From assembly GCA_964561155.1 (NCBI GenBank), contig CAZLOI010000001.1, positions 178,799 to 242,798 on the forward strand: a stretch of DNA of 64,000 nt, read 5' to 3'. The stretch comes from an uncultured Candidatus Saccharibacteria bacterium (lineage in GTDB: Bacteria > Patescibacteriota > Dojkabacteria > J137). The notes under the pieces were generated by a model that saw nothing but the letters and a program-made list of their open reading frames with translations, was not told the DNA's origin and did not search any database. The position numbers were made by a program, and so were the translations under genes. Of this stretch, positions 57,262-64,000 are shown piece by piece. Within the stretch, counting starts at the first letter, position 1. Every line of letters begins with the position of its first letter.

Positions 57262-57765
57262 TTATTCAGCAACTACTGCATCAGATTTCTTTGCTCTTGT
57301 TTTCTTCTCTTTAACAGGTGCCTCTACAACTTCTTCTGTAGCTACTTCCATGTCATCTTCGTCTTCTTCAACAGTCAATGCTTCTAGAACAGTTAATAGT
57401 TTCTCAAACTTCATATTAAGAGAAGCTAATTGTTCCATAATCTTGTCGTTACCTGCATTGTTTGCTGGTGCTGATCTTGTTTCTCTTTCTGGTCTTTCGC
57501 TTCTATCATCTCTTCTTTCGTTTCTTCCAGAGTCTCCTCTTTCGTTTCTTTCATTGAAACAATCGCTACAGTATACTGGCTTGTCTCCGCTTGGTCTGAA
57601 TGGAACCTCACATGATTTTCCACACTCATCACAAACTGTTTTGAACATTTCCTTTGGTCCTCTATCTCTATCACCTCCAAAATCTCTTCTGTTTCCAGAG
57701 TCTCTTCTATATCCTCCTCCTCCGTATCTACTTCCTCCTGATCTATCGTTACCGTAATTTCCCAT
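57262..57765 (-). CDS. Arg/Gly-rich (RGG) zinc-ribbon protein, putative nucleic-acid-binding
   Basis: N-terminal RGG/GGY repeats, a CxxC-x17-CxxC zinc ribbon (CDECGKSCEVPFRPSGDKPVYCSDC), an R/E/D-rich low-complexity stretch and an acidic C-terminus. 167 aa. Confidence 0.4.
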   Translation of the reverse strand: MGNYGNDRSGGSRYGGGGYRRDSGNRRDFGGDRDRGPKEMFKTVCDECGKSCEVPFRPSGDKPVYCSDCFNERNERGDSGRNERRDDRSERPERETRSAPANNAGNDKIMEQLASLNMKFEKLLTVLEALTVEEDEDDMEVATEEVVEAPVKEKKTRAKKSDAVVAE

Positions 57766-57901
57766 TGTTTTTATTTTAAAAATATATTGTGCCTACAGTA
57801 TAAGCTTAAAATGCTTTTACAGCAAGGGGATTAATACATTTGTGCCCAATTTTTGGCATATTATAGGGTAATAAAGCGATATTGTTGAAGATGCAGAACT
57901 T

Positions 57902-58408
57902 TTAGAGTTTCCTGCTGTCGTATGCCCAGTGTAATATTGCTTGTCTTTGCTTCCTTCTACAGGAGATATCCCCTGGCATACAGTGTTTCTTCACCTGAGC
58001 TATGTGTCTATTTATAGCCTTCCATCTCTTAATTTGTCTTTCATCTTCTACATTAATTCTTCTTCCCATGTAGTATCTGCAGTACCATTGAAACCATCCC
58101 CTAGGATCATCTTCATGTATCCATCCTTTCTTCTTCCACACACTTAATGATTGACTAGCATTAACTCCAAAGAAGTTGAGAGCAGGGTCGTGTTTCTCTG
58201 GACACAGTTTTGCATTGGCATACCAATCCTTTGGAAGCTCATCTCCACAATCAGTCATATATTTACCGCCAAATACTCCAAGTTCTAGCATTTGTTTTGG
58301 TGTTAATTCTGGCTTAAAAGCTATATGAAAGTTCTTACCCATTTCCTCAGTTAAGAAGTATGAGTATCCTTGTTGCATCTTGTCGTTCACTATTACTTCT
58401 TTTCTCAT
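57902..58408 (-). CDS. hypothetical Trp/Cys/Arg-rich protein, compositionally atypical (about 44% GC locally)
   Basis: 168 aa. The W/C/R-rich stretch WFQWYCRYYMGRRINVEDERQIKRWKAINRH and the HCMPGDISCRR segment match no family I can name. By eye its GC is clearly above the flanking genes. Confidence 0.3.
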   Translation of the reverse strand: MRKEVIVNDKMQQGYSYFLTEEMGKNFHIAFKPELTPKQMLELGVFGGKYMTDCGDELPKDWYANAKLCPEKHDPALNFFGVNASQSLSVWKKKGWIHEDDPRGWFQWYCRYYMGRRINVEDERQIKRWKAINRHIAQVKKHCMPGDISCRRKQRQAILHWAYDSRKL

Positions 58409-58446
58409 ATATTGAAGATCTGTAAATTCCTGTGAGAATTGTTTAA

Positions 58447-58839
58447 TTAGACTTCAAGCTTTAGCCATTTAGTAAGGAGCGTTTTCAAATCCTTTGTCTT
58501 TTTCTTTATATCTTCTACGCTATCAAAGGTTATTGTAGCTCTAATATCTGAATTCCAAGATATATAATCAGCTACACCTTTTAGTATAGGTTCACCTTTC
58601 TTGTCTTCCTTCTTTGCAGTACCCATGTGAATTACAATCTTAACTTTATCTTCTTTGTTCATCAGATTAAACGTTATCCTATCAACTCCTTTGTAATTGT
58701 AATTAGGAGCATTCCACTTAATATTTTCTTGAAGCTCCAATCCCAATCCAAGGATTATGCTTCTTAGTTCATCCACCTGAGTTCTCTTTTCAGGTTCTAG
58801 ATCATTCAGAAATTCGGTTAGGTCTTTGTATTTCTTCAT
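58447..58839 (-). CDS. hypothetical protein (DUF1801/YdhG-like fold suspected)
   Basis: 130 aa. The N-terminal LTEFLNDLEPEKRTQVDELRSIILGL resembles DUF1801 N-termini. Weak call. Confidence 0.25.
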   Translation of the reverse strand: MKKYKDLTEFLNDLEPEKRTQVDELRSIILGLGLELQENIKWNAPNYNYKGVDRITFNLMNKEDKVKIVIHMGTAKKEDKKGEPILKGVADYISWNSDIRATITFDSVEDIKKKTKDLKTLLTKWLKLEV

Positions 58840-58874
58840 AGTTCAAAATTAATATAAATCTTAGGTTAATTAAA

Positions 58875-58958
58875 CGGAGGGCACAGGATTCGAACCTGCG
58901 AGGGATTGCTCCCGCTTGTTTTCGAGGCAAGTGCTTTAGACCGCTCAGCCAACCCTCC
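58875..58958 (-). tRNA. tRNA-Ser (anticodon CGA), type II with long variable arm, CCA not encoded
   Basis: Minus-strand sequence GGAGGGTTGGCTGAGCGGTCTAAAGCACTTGCCTCGAAAACAAGCGGGAGCAATCCCTCGCAGGTTCGAATCCTGTGCCCTCCG. T-loop GGTTCGAATCC. Anticodon loop CUCGAAA is identical to E. coli tRNA-Ser(CGA). Variable stem GGGA/TCCC. The anticodon-stem closing pair is C-A. Confidence 0.8.
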
Positions 58959-59019
58959 TGTATTGAATTATACTATTAATGTCCTTGCATTAGGTTCAGT
59001 TAAATGGAACAATATCAGT

Positions 59020-62000
59020 ATGAAAAAACTTTCCTCAATATCTTTAGTCGTAGTATTTGCTTTCACTTTTTTAGGCACAGCATTGGCGCCGTTCGTTAGT
59101 TCAGAGACGTTGTATAGACATCTTGGATTGGCGGGTTTGAATATAAGTCAGCAAGAAACTGCATACGTAAATACTTCAGGCGAACTTGGAGGAAGGATAG
59201 ATTTGGGAGATGGACATGTATTAATTCTATGGAGTGATGATAGGAACGGTGCTTCTCCTTATTCAATTTATGCACAGAAAGTTACCTACGAAGGCGTTCC
59301 TGTTTGGGAGGCTGGAGGAAGAACTCTTATATCCAGCGCAACTTCCTTAGGTGATGGTTCTACACTGTTTCCTGGTGAGGGCAGAGTGCAATCGGACTAT
59401 AATGGAGGTTTTTATCTTGGATATTACACGACCGATGATTTAACTGTTGATCATTTTACCTCTGAAGGTACATCTGATTGGTTGCCTGTTCAGATTGCAG
59501 ATATTCGTGGAGCTGTAATAACTACAGATCCAGCAGGAAATGTACTAGTTGCAGGATATGATGCTGTGTCAGATGATATCGAATATTCAACATACAGCAG
59601 GACAAAGGTATTGTTGTCTTCGGGGACTATAGATCACTTAGATGGAGCGGACGTAACACTAGATGGACTAACAGTAGAAGCTGGTGCAACAGGAGAGTTT
59701 TATATTGGATGGAGATCTAACGATGTAGGAAGTGACAGTATGCGAATTAGAAAAGTTCCAGATACTTGGGCTGCACCCGATGGATTAGTCATTGGAACTT
59801 CCACATTTGAAGCAGATACAGATAGAACATTCTTCAATATTCATGTTTCAAATAACTATGTAGTTGCAGTATGGAGAGATTTGGCTCCTGTTGATCCAGA
59901 TGTTGATATAAAGATGCAGATAATAGATAAGACAGCTGGTACAAATGAATTGGCAGCCAATGGTCAAGTTTTAGCAGCAGATGTAGTTGTTCCTAATACT
60001 TTAGAAGTCTTAATAGATACTTCGGAATCTATCTATGTATCCTGGTTACAAGATGTTCAAGGTAGCAGCATGATCCAAAAGTACAACACAGCTGGTGTTG
60101 AGCAATGGAATGGAGGAACTCCGTTCAATCTAAGTACAGATATAAGTCGTTTTGAAGGTAGGGGATCCTTGTTTCAGATGGGCTCTGATATTTATTTGAG
60201 AGTCACTTACTACGATGAAGATGATGATACAGAAGGGTTAACTTTGTATAGACTAGAAACTGATGGAACCAATGTATGGCCAGGAGGAAAGCAGTTAACG
60301 TACCCAACTGCGCCAGATATGGCAGCATATATTATGCCAAGAGAAATTGAAACACCTGTGATCGATGGAAAGTTATTTAGTTATTGGATTCAGTATGATT
60401 TCGATGACTACTACGAAAAGATTTACATGAATATTTTTGAACCGGGATATCAGATTGCTAATTTAGATGCAGATTTGGCAGTAGAGGTGTCTGGAGTTAG
60501 TGTTGAAGACGATACAGAGAATAGTCATGTGGATACTCAAACTACAAGGATTTTGAATGTTTCTCCAGATAGAGTGCTTGCAGATGTATCCGTAGCATAT
60601 TCTACAGACAGAGATTGGAGTTTAATAAATGGAGGTGTTGATGAAGTTCTTGGAAAAACATTTGTTTCAGGTTTAGGTAGTGCACCTGGTGTCGTTGGTA
60701 CTTTCACAATGTATACTCCAAAAATACTTGGTGATACAGGAGTTAGAGTGTGTCCTGGTGTTACTAGTTTGGCATCAACAAACACATCTTGTACATCAGG
60801 TTATTATCTTGAAGAAGGGGATGCAGGATTGTCCGTTGTAAATATAGATGGAATAGATTATTGGGCTGTTAGTGGTTTAAGTGGTACGGGTATTATGTCA
60901 TTAATAGTTCCTGTAGTACCACCAGAAGATCCAGTTGATCCAGAAGAACCAATCGCTCCTGTACCAACACAACCAATTGGTGATTCAGCACCAATAGCAC
61001 CTGTATCTGGTCCTGTATCGTTCCCACAAGGTTCAGAATCAGGTATTGGAGAGGATGGTGAAGATGAAGAAAATGAGGAGAACCTTTTGGATAGTTCAGG
61101 AGGTGGGTCTGAATCAAGCGGAGGTCTAGGTTCGTTTACTCAAGTTGATGGAGTTAATGTGCTAACACCAGTGGTTGCAGCAACTGTATTGCTAGCTAGT
61201 GTAAGTGCGATTACAGGAGGAGCTGTGAATTATGTTGCACTGTTCTTTGGCTTCTGGATAGGAAAGAAGAGCAAGTATTGGGGTATTGTTTATGATTCAA
61301 AAACATTCAAACCACTAGCATTAGTTACTGTAAGGTTGTTTGCAAAGACTTCTATGGCCAAGAAATTTGTAGCGCAGACTGTTACTAATTTTGATGGTGT
61401 ATATGGAATTCCATCCCCTGCATCTGGTGAGTATGTTCTTGAGTTTGTTTCGGAAGGTTACGAAACAACACAGAAGATAGTTAGCTATAACAGAGGAGAG
61501 GATATAGCTGTTGATGTAATACTTAGAAAGTTAGTAGATAGTGAAGCAGGTTTGTTTAATAGTGTAAGAATCTTCTTTAAAGAACACTATCAATTCTTTC
61601 TACAGTTATTAAGATTTGCAATAGTAATATTCATGGGCTACGGTTTTATAACAAGTTACTCATATCTGTCTTTAACGCCATCTGTTTTAAATCTGGTTGT
61701 AACAGCTCTGTATTTTGTAGTCTTTGTTGTTCAGCTATATTACATTCTTAAGAGAAGTACTGGTTGGAAGTATGGTCAGGTAAGAGATGTTACAGACAAG
61801 AAGCCATTGCCTGGTACTGCAATTAGACTAGATACAAAAGATGGTCAACAGAAAATTTCGCTAAGTAACCAAACAGGACAAGTTAAGTTTCAGGTAGCTC
61901 CAGAAGTATATAAGTATTCAGCTTCAAAAGTCGGTTATGAATACAAAGAAGATAGTATTAGAATTGATGATTCAGGCAAGTTTATTGGATCAATAGACCT

Positions 62001-62043
62001 GTTCAAAGGTGCTTCTTCTTCAGCAAGTCCTTTTGGAAGTTAA
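59020..62043 (+). CDS. large (about 1007 aa) surface protein: signal peptide, extracellular beta-rich domain, Pro-rich acidic linker, TM segments and two carboxypeptidase-regulatory-like domains
   Basis: Start moved to MKKLSSISLVVVFAFTFLGTALA (signal peptide), because the ORF-track start at 58906 lies inside the tRNA. Linker PPEDPVDPEEPIAPVPTQPIGDSAPIAPV. CarbopepD_reg-like blocks GIVYDSKTFKPLALVTVRLF...TNFDGVYGI and GQVRDVTDKKPLPGTAIRLDTKDG. Hydrophobic helices around residues 730-760 and 860-900. Confidence 0.45.
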   Translation: MKKLSSISLVVVFAFTFLGTALAPFVSSETLYRHLGLAGLNISQQETAYVNTSGELGGRIDLGDGHVLILWSDDRNGASPYSIYAQKVTYEGVPVWEAGGRTLISSATSLGDGSTLFPGEGRVQSDYNGGFYLGYYTTDDLTVDHFTSEGTSDWLPVQIADIRGAVITTDPAGNVLVAGYDAVSDDIEYSTYSRTKVLLSSGTIDHLDGADVTLDGLTVEAGATGEFYIGWRSNDVGSDSMRIRKVPDTWAAPDGLVIGTSTFEADTDRTFFNIHVSNNYVVAVWRDLAPVDPDVDIKMQIIDKTAGTNELAANGQVLAADVVVPNTLEVLIDTSESIYVSWLQDVQGSSMIQKYNTAGVEQWNGGTPFNLSTDISRFEGRGSLFQMGSDIYLRVTYYDEDDDTEGLTLYRLETDGTNVWPGGKQLTYPTAPDMAAYIMPREIETPVIDGKLFSYWIQYDFDDYYEKIYMNIFEPGYQIANLDADLAVEVSGVSVEDDTENSHVDTQTTRILNVSPDRVLADVSVAYSTDRDWSLINGGVDEVLGKTFVSGLGSAPGVVGTFTMYTPKILGDTGVRVCPGVTSLASTNTSCTSGYYLEEGDAGLSVVNIDGIDYWAVSGLSGTGIMSLIVPVVPPEDPVDPEEPIAPVPTQPIGDSAPIAPVSGPVSFPQGSESGIGEDGEDEENEENLLDSSGGGSESSGGLGSFTQVDGVNVLTPVVAATVLLASVSAITGGAVNYVALFFGFWIGKKSKYWGIVYDSKTFKPLALVTVRLFAKTSMAKKFVAQTVTNFDGVYGIPSPASGEYVLEFVSEGYETTQKIVSYNRGEDIAVDVILRKLVDSEAGLFNSVRIFFKEHYQFFLQLLRFAIVIFMGYGFITSYSYLSLTPSVLNLVVTALYFVVFVVQLYYILKRSTGWKYGQVRDVTDKKPLPGTAIRLDTKDGQQKISLSNQTGQVKFQVAPEVYKYSASKVGYEYKEDSIRIDDSGKFIGSIDLFKGASSSASPFGS

Positions 62044-62114
62044 GTAGTTCTAAAAGACGAACGGTAACCTTGGTCTACTTCTTCGAAAGTACTTAGTATT
62101 GCTTCCCACTTGCT

Positions 62115-62591
62115 GTGTTAATATCATGCATGGATACAGAACCAAAAGATTTCTTTAATCAAAAAGCGATATTTGTAGAAACTACAGATGTTGTACCTGG
62201 AGTACAGTGCGATGTGTATAAGTTTGAGAGTGATGAATCCAAGGACTTAGGTATTGTTAGAATTGAAGCAGGAAAGAATACACCTCTTCAAAAGCTTGTA
62301 GATGGGAAACAAACGTTCGAAGGATACATAAGTGGAAGAGGGAAGATAGTGGTACATAGACACTGGGATGGATACGTATTCGTAGAAGAAATACACGAAG
62401 TGGGTGAAGATACCAAGAAACCATATACAGTAGAGATTAGAGTAGGGGATATGGTTCAAATATTTGCAGATGAGAATAGCAGTCTAACAATATACAAACA
62501 GAAGCTTAATCTATACCCGAGAAGACTCGAACTTCCAACCTTTTCTTCCGCAAAGAAATGCTCTATCCAATTGAGCTACGGGTATATCTAG
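62115..62591 (+). CDS. hypothetical protein (small beta-rich, possibly cupin-like)
   Basis: 158 aa with no firm motif. Confidence 0.25.
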   Translation: MLISCMDTEPKDFFNQKAIFVETTDVVPGVQCDVYKFESDESKDLGIVRIEAGKNTPLQKLVDGKQTFEGYISGRGKIVVHRHWDGYVFVEEIHEVGEDTKKPYTVEIRVGDMVQIFADENSSLTIYKQKLNLYPRRLELPTFSSAKKCSIQLSYGYI

Positions 62592-62614
62592 GGGATTATA
62601 TCAGTGTAGGGGAG

Positions 62615-63160
62615 TTATTTCATATACTCTTCAATCTGTACGTATTCCCCGTTTATTATCTTTGCAAGAATATTGTATCCAACTTCTTCTTTTCGTCCAT
62701 AGTCTATGAACCTCATTAATATTTCAAAGATCTCTGTATCCATACCTACATCATCTATAATTAAGGTCACCCTTGTCGTTACCTTGCTATTTTCAATTGG
62801 TTGTTCCAAGTGTAGGAGAGTGACTCCATTCTTTCTTGAAAACCAGAAGCTATTTATTTCACTCCATTTATACAACTTGTCATACGCTCGTACACCAATA
62901 GTGGTAATGGAGTGTTCAACAACATTTGGTGGGATATATGCTTGAGCAAACCAAAGAAACATAAAGGCTAGTACACCTAGAATCATTATGAATTCACCTA
63001 GAACTGCCAAAACAAGAACGATTAGTACAAAGAACAGACTGTATCCTAAATACCAAGCCTTGTCTTTTCGTTCCCAATATCTCTCTGGAGCATTCCAAGA
63101 ATATAGATTCTTGAATACGTTCTTATCCTCAGAAAGTGTTGTGTATAGACCATTGTTCAT
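62615..63160 (-). CDS. hypothetical membrane protein (2 TM)
   Basis: 181 aa. Two adjacent hydrophobic helices (LGYSLFFVLIVLVLAVLGEFIMILGVLAFMFLWFA) flanked by soluble regions. Confidence 0.3.
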   Translation of the reverse strand: MNNGLYTTLSEDKNVFKNLYSWNAPERYWERKDKAWYLGYSLFFVLIVLVLAVLGEFIMILGVLAFMFLWFAQAYIPPNVVEHSITTIGVRAYDKLYKWSEINSFWFSRKNGVTLLHLEQPIENSKVTTRVTLIIDDVGMDTEIFEILMRFIDYGRKEEVGYNILAKIINGEYVQIEEYMK

Positions 63161-63250
63161 ACTAAAAGTATACAGTATTAGAGGGTAGAGTGGTTAGTTT
63201 GAAGCGATATTTATTTCGATGGACTTTATGAAAAACTAGATTAGTTGTGG

Positions 63251-64000
63251 CTACATTTCTTCAGTAACATCTGGAGCAGTAGGTGTTTTTGTTTCTTGAA
63301 TAGCACTCTCTATTTCAGTTATACCTTTAGCTACCGTATCTTCTTTATCAAATCTTCGTACCAATTTCTTCTCTTGTTTAACTTTCCTGTTTGTTAACCG
63401 CTTTATTAAGTTAAAGATCCTTAGGACAATTGGAAGTGTGATTAAAAGTAGGGTGACAACTATAACTGGGTTTAGGATAGTCGAGTTTGCTTCATAGAAA
63501 CTTTGTATTGTTTTAATACCAGATTCAATAGCAATGTTTCTAGACTTTGTTGCTGAATCATCCTTTGGATAGCTATCAATTAACTCTTGAGTACTTGAAC
63601 CACTAAGCTCGGAAGCTGTAGGTACTACAGTTAACTTTCTTTCACTTAAGTCTCCAAGATCACCTATGAATGAAACTTCAACAGGAGCTGGAGTATTTGG
63701 ATCTTCACTCGCTACGTGTATAAAGAAGTGATTTAAGTCTCCTCCTACAAGCTCTGGAGCACTTTCACCCCAAGTAGTATCTACACTTACCCAACCAAGT
63801 TCTGGTATATATACTTCAACCCATTGGTGTTCAGATGAATCCGTACTATCAATACCAGTGTACCCATATCCAAGAACAGCTCTTGCAGGAATACCTAGGG
63901 AGCGAAGCAGAGCGATGTATAGATCTGAATACTCCATACAAACAGCAGCACCACCTTGCAGAGTTTTTAATGCTCCTTGTCTTTCATTAATACCAAAACG
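63251..64000 (-). CDS. transglutaminase-like cysteine protease superfamily protein, 5' end outside window; C-terminal TM anchor
   Basis: The frame is open upstream of the annotated Met to the window edge and reads ...GGAAVCMEYSDLYIALLRSLGIPARAV (transglutaminase-core Cys motif), then HQWVEVYIPELGWVSVDTTWG (His/Asp). C-terminal TM PVIVVTLLLITLPIVL. Confidence 0.55.
   Translation of the reverse strand, partial: RFGINERQGALKTLQGGAAVCMEYSDLYIALLRSLGIPARAVLGYGYTGIDSTDSSEHQWVEVYIPELGWVSVDTTWGESAPELVGGDLNHFFIHVASEDPNTPAPVEVSFIGDLGDLSERKLTVVPTASELSGSSTQELIDSYPKDDSATKSRNIAIESGIKTIQSFYEANSTILNPVIVVTLLLITLPIVLRIFNLIKRLTNRKVKQEKKLVRRFDKEDTVAKGITEIESAIQETKTPTAPDVTEEM

Noticed and set aside
57350-57757. 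135-aa Ser-rich plus-strand ORF and 84-aa alternate-frame ORF inside the RGG/zinc-ribbon gene
   Set aside because: These are shadow frames of a low-complexity gene. The minus-strand frame carries the zinc-ribbon cysteines and is followed by the terminator.
58906-59019. N-terminal 38 codons of ORF 58906..62043
   Set aside because: This stretch would be transcribed through and overlap the tRNA-Ser gene on the opposite strand. A canonical signal peptide begins at the internal Met at 59020.
1-64000. CRISPR arrays, transposases, integrases, reverse transcriptases (DGR/retron), rRNA genes
   Set aside because: No regularly spaced direct repeats, no DDE or tyrosine-recombinase or RT motifs in any ORF, and no rRNA-like conserved stretches were seen. 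The only stable RNA is the single tRNA-Ser.

Overview
This is a 64 kb gene-dense, low-GC (roughly one-third GC by eye) bacterial chromosomal window. Stop codons are mostly TAA with some TGA, and genes are contiguous under the standard code, so code 25 recoding is unlikely. The content is housekeeping and cell-envelope genes from a small-genome, CPR-like or similar bacterium that makes peptidoglycan. Clear calls are dnaN, ftsK, dnaJ, adk, tsaD, tyrS (archaeal/eukaryotic type), argS, proS, rpsT, sod, ddl, tatD, yidD, a HIT protein and a rhomboid protease, plus one tRNA-Ser(CGA). Envelope genes include two tandem FemAB-family genes, a MurF-like Mur ligase with an unusual membrane N-terminus, GT28, GT39/83 and UDP-xylose synthase genes, and an O-antigen-ligase-like gene. 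Two very large surface proteins are present, one translationally coupled to a MacB-type ABC transporter. Other calls are an orphan pilN/pilO-like pair, an ECF sigma/anti-sigma pair and a RelE/antitoxin module with a palindromic operator. I see no integrase, transposase, CRISPR array, reverse transcriptase or rRNA. The most notable non-obvious signals follow. (1) A 423 bp AT-rich gap upstream of dnaN has DnaA-box-like 9-mers and sits at a gene-strand switch, so it is a candidate oriC without an adjacent dnaA. (2) A very GC-rich mini-gene at 34.7 kb has its own promoter, a strong SD, a 38-codon Gly-rich ORF with foreign codon usage, and GC palindromes. (3) Two tandem paralogous small genes at about 27 kb carry duplicated promoter/5' regions. 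(4) A compositionally atypical gene block lies next to the tRNA. All functional calls are from motif recognition by eye; nothing was searched against databases.
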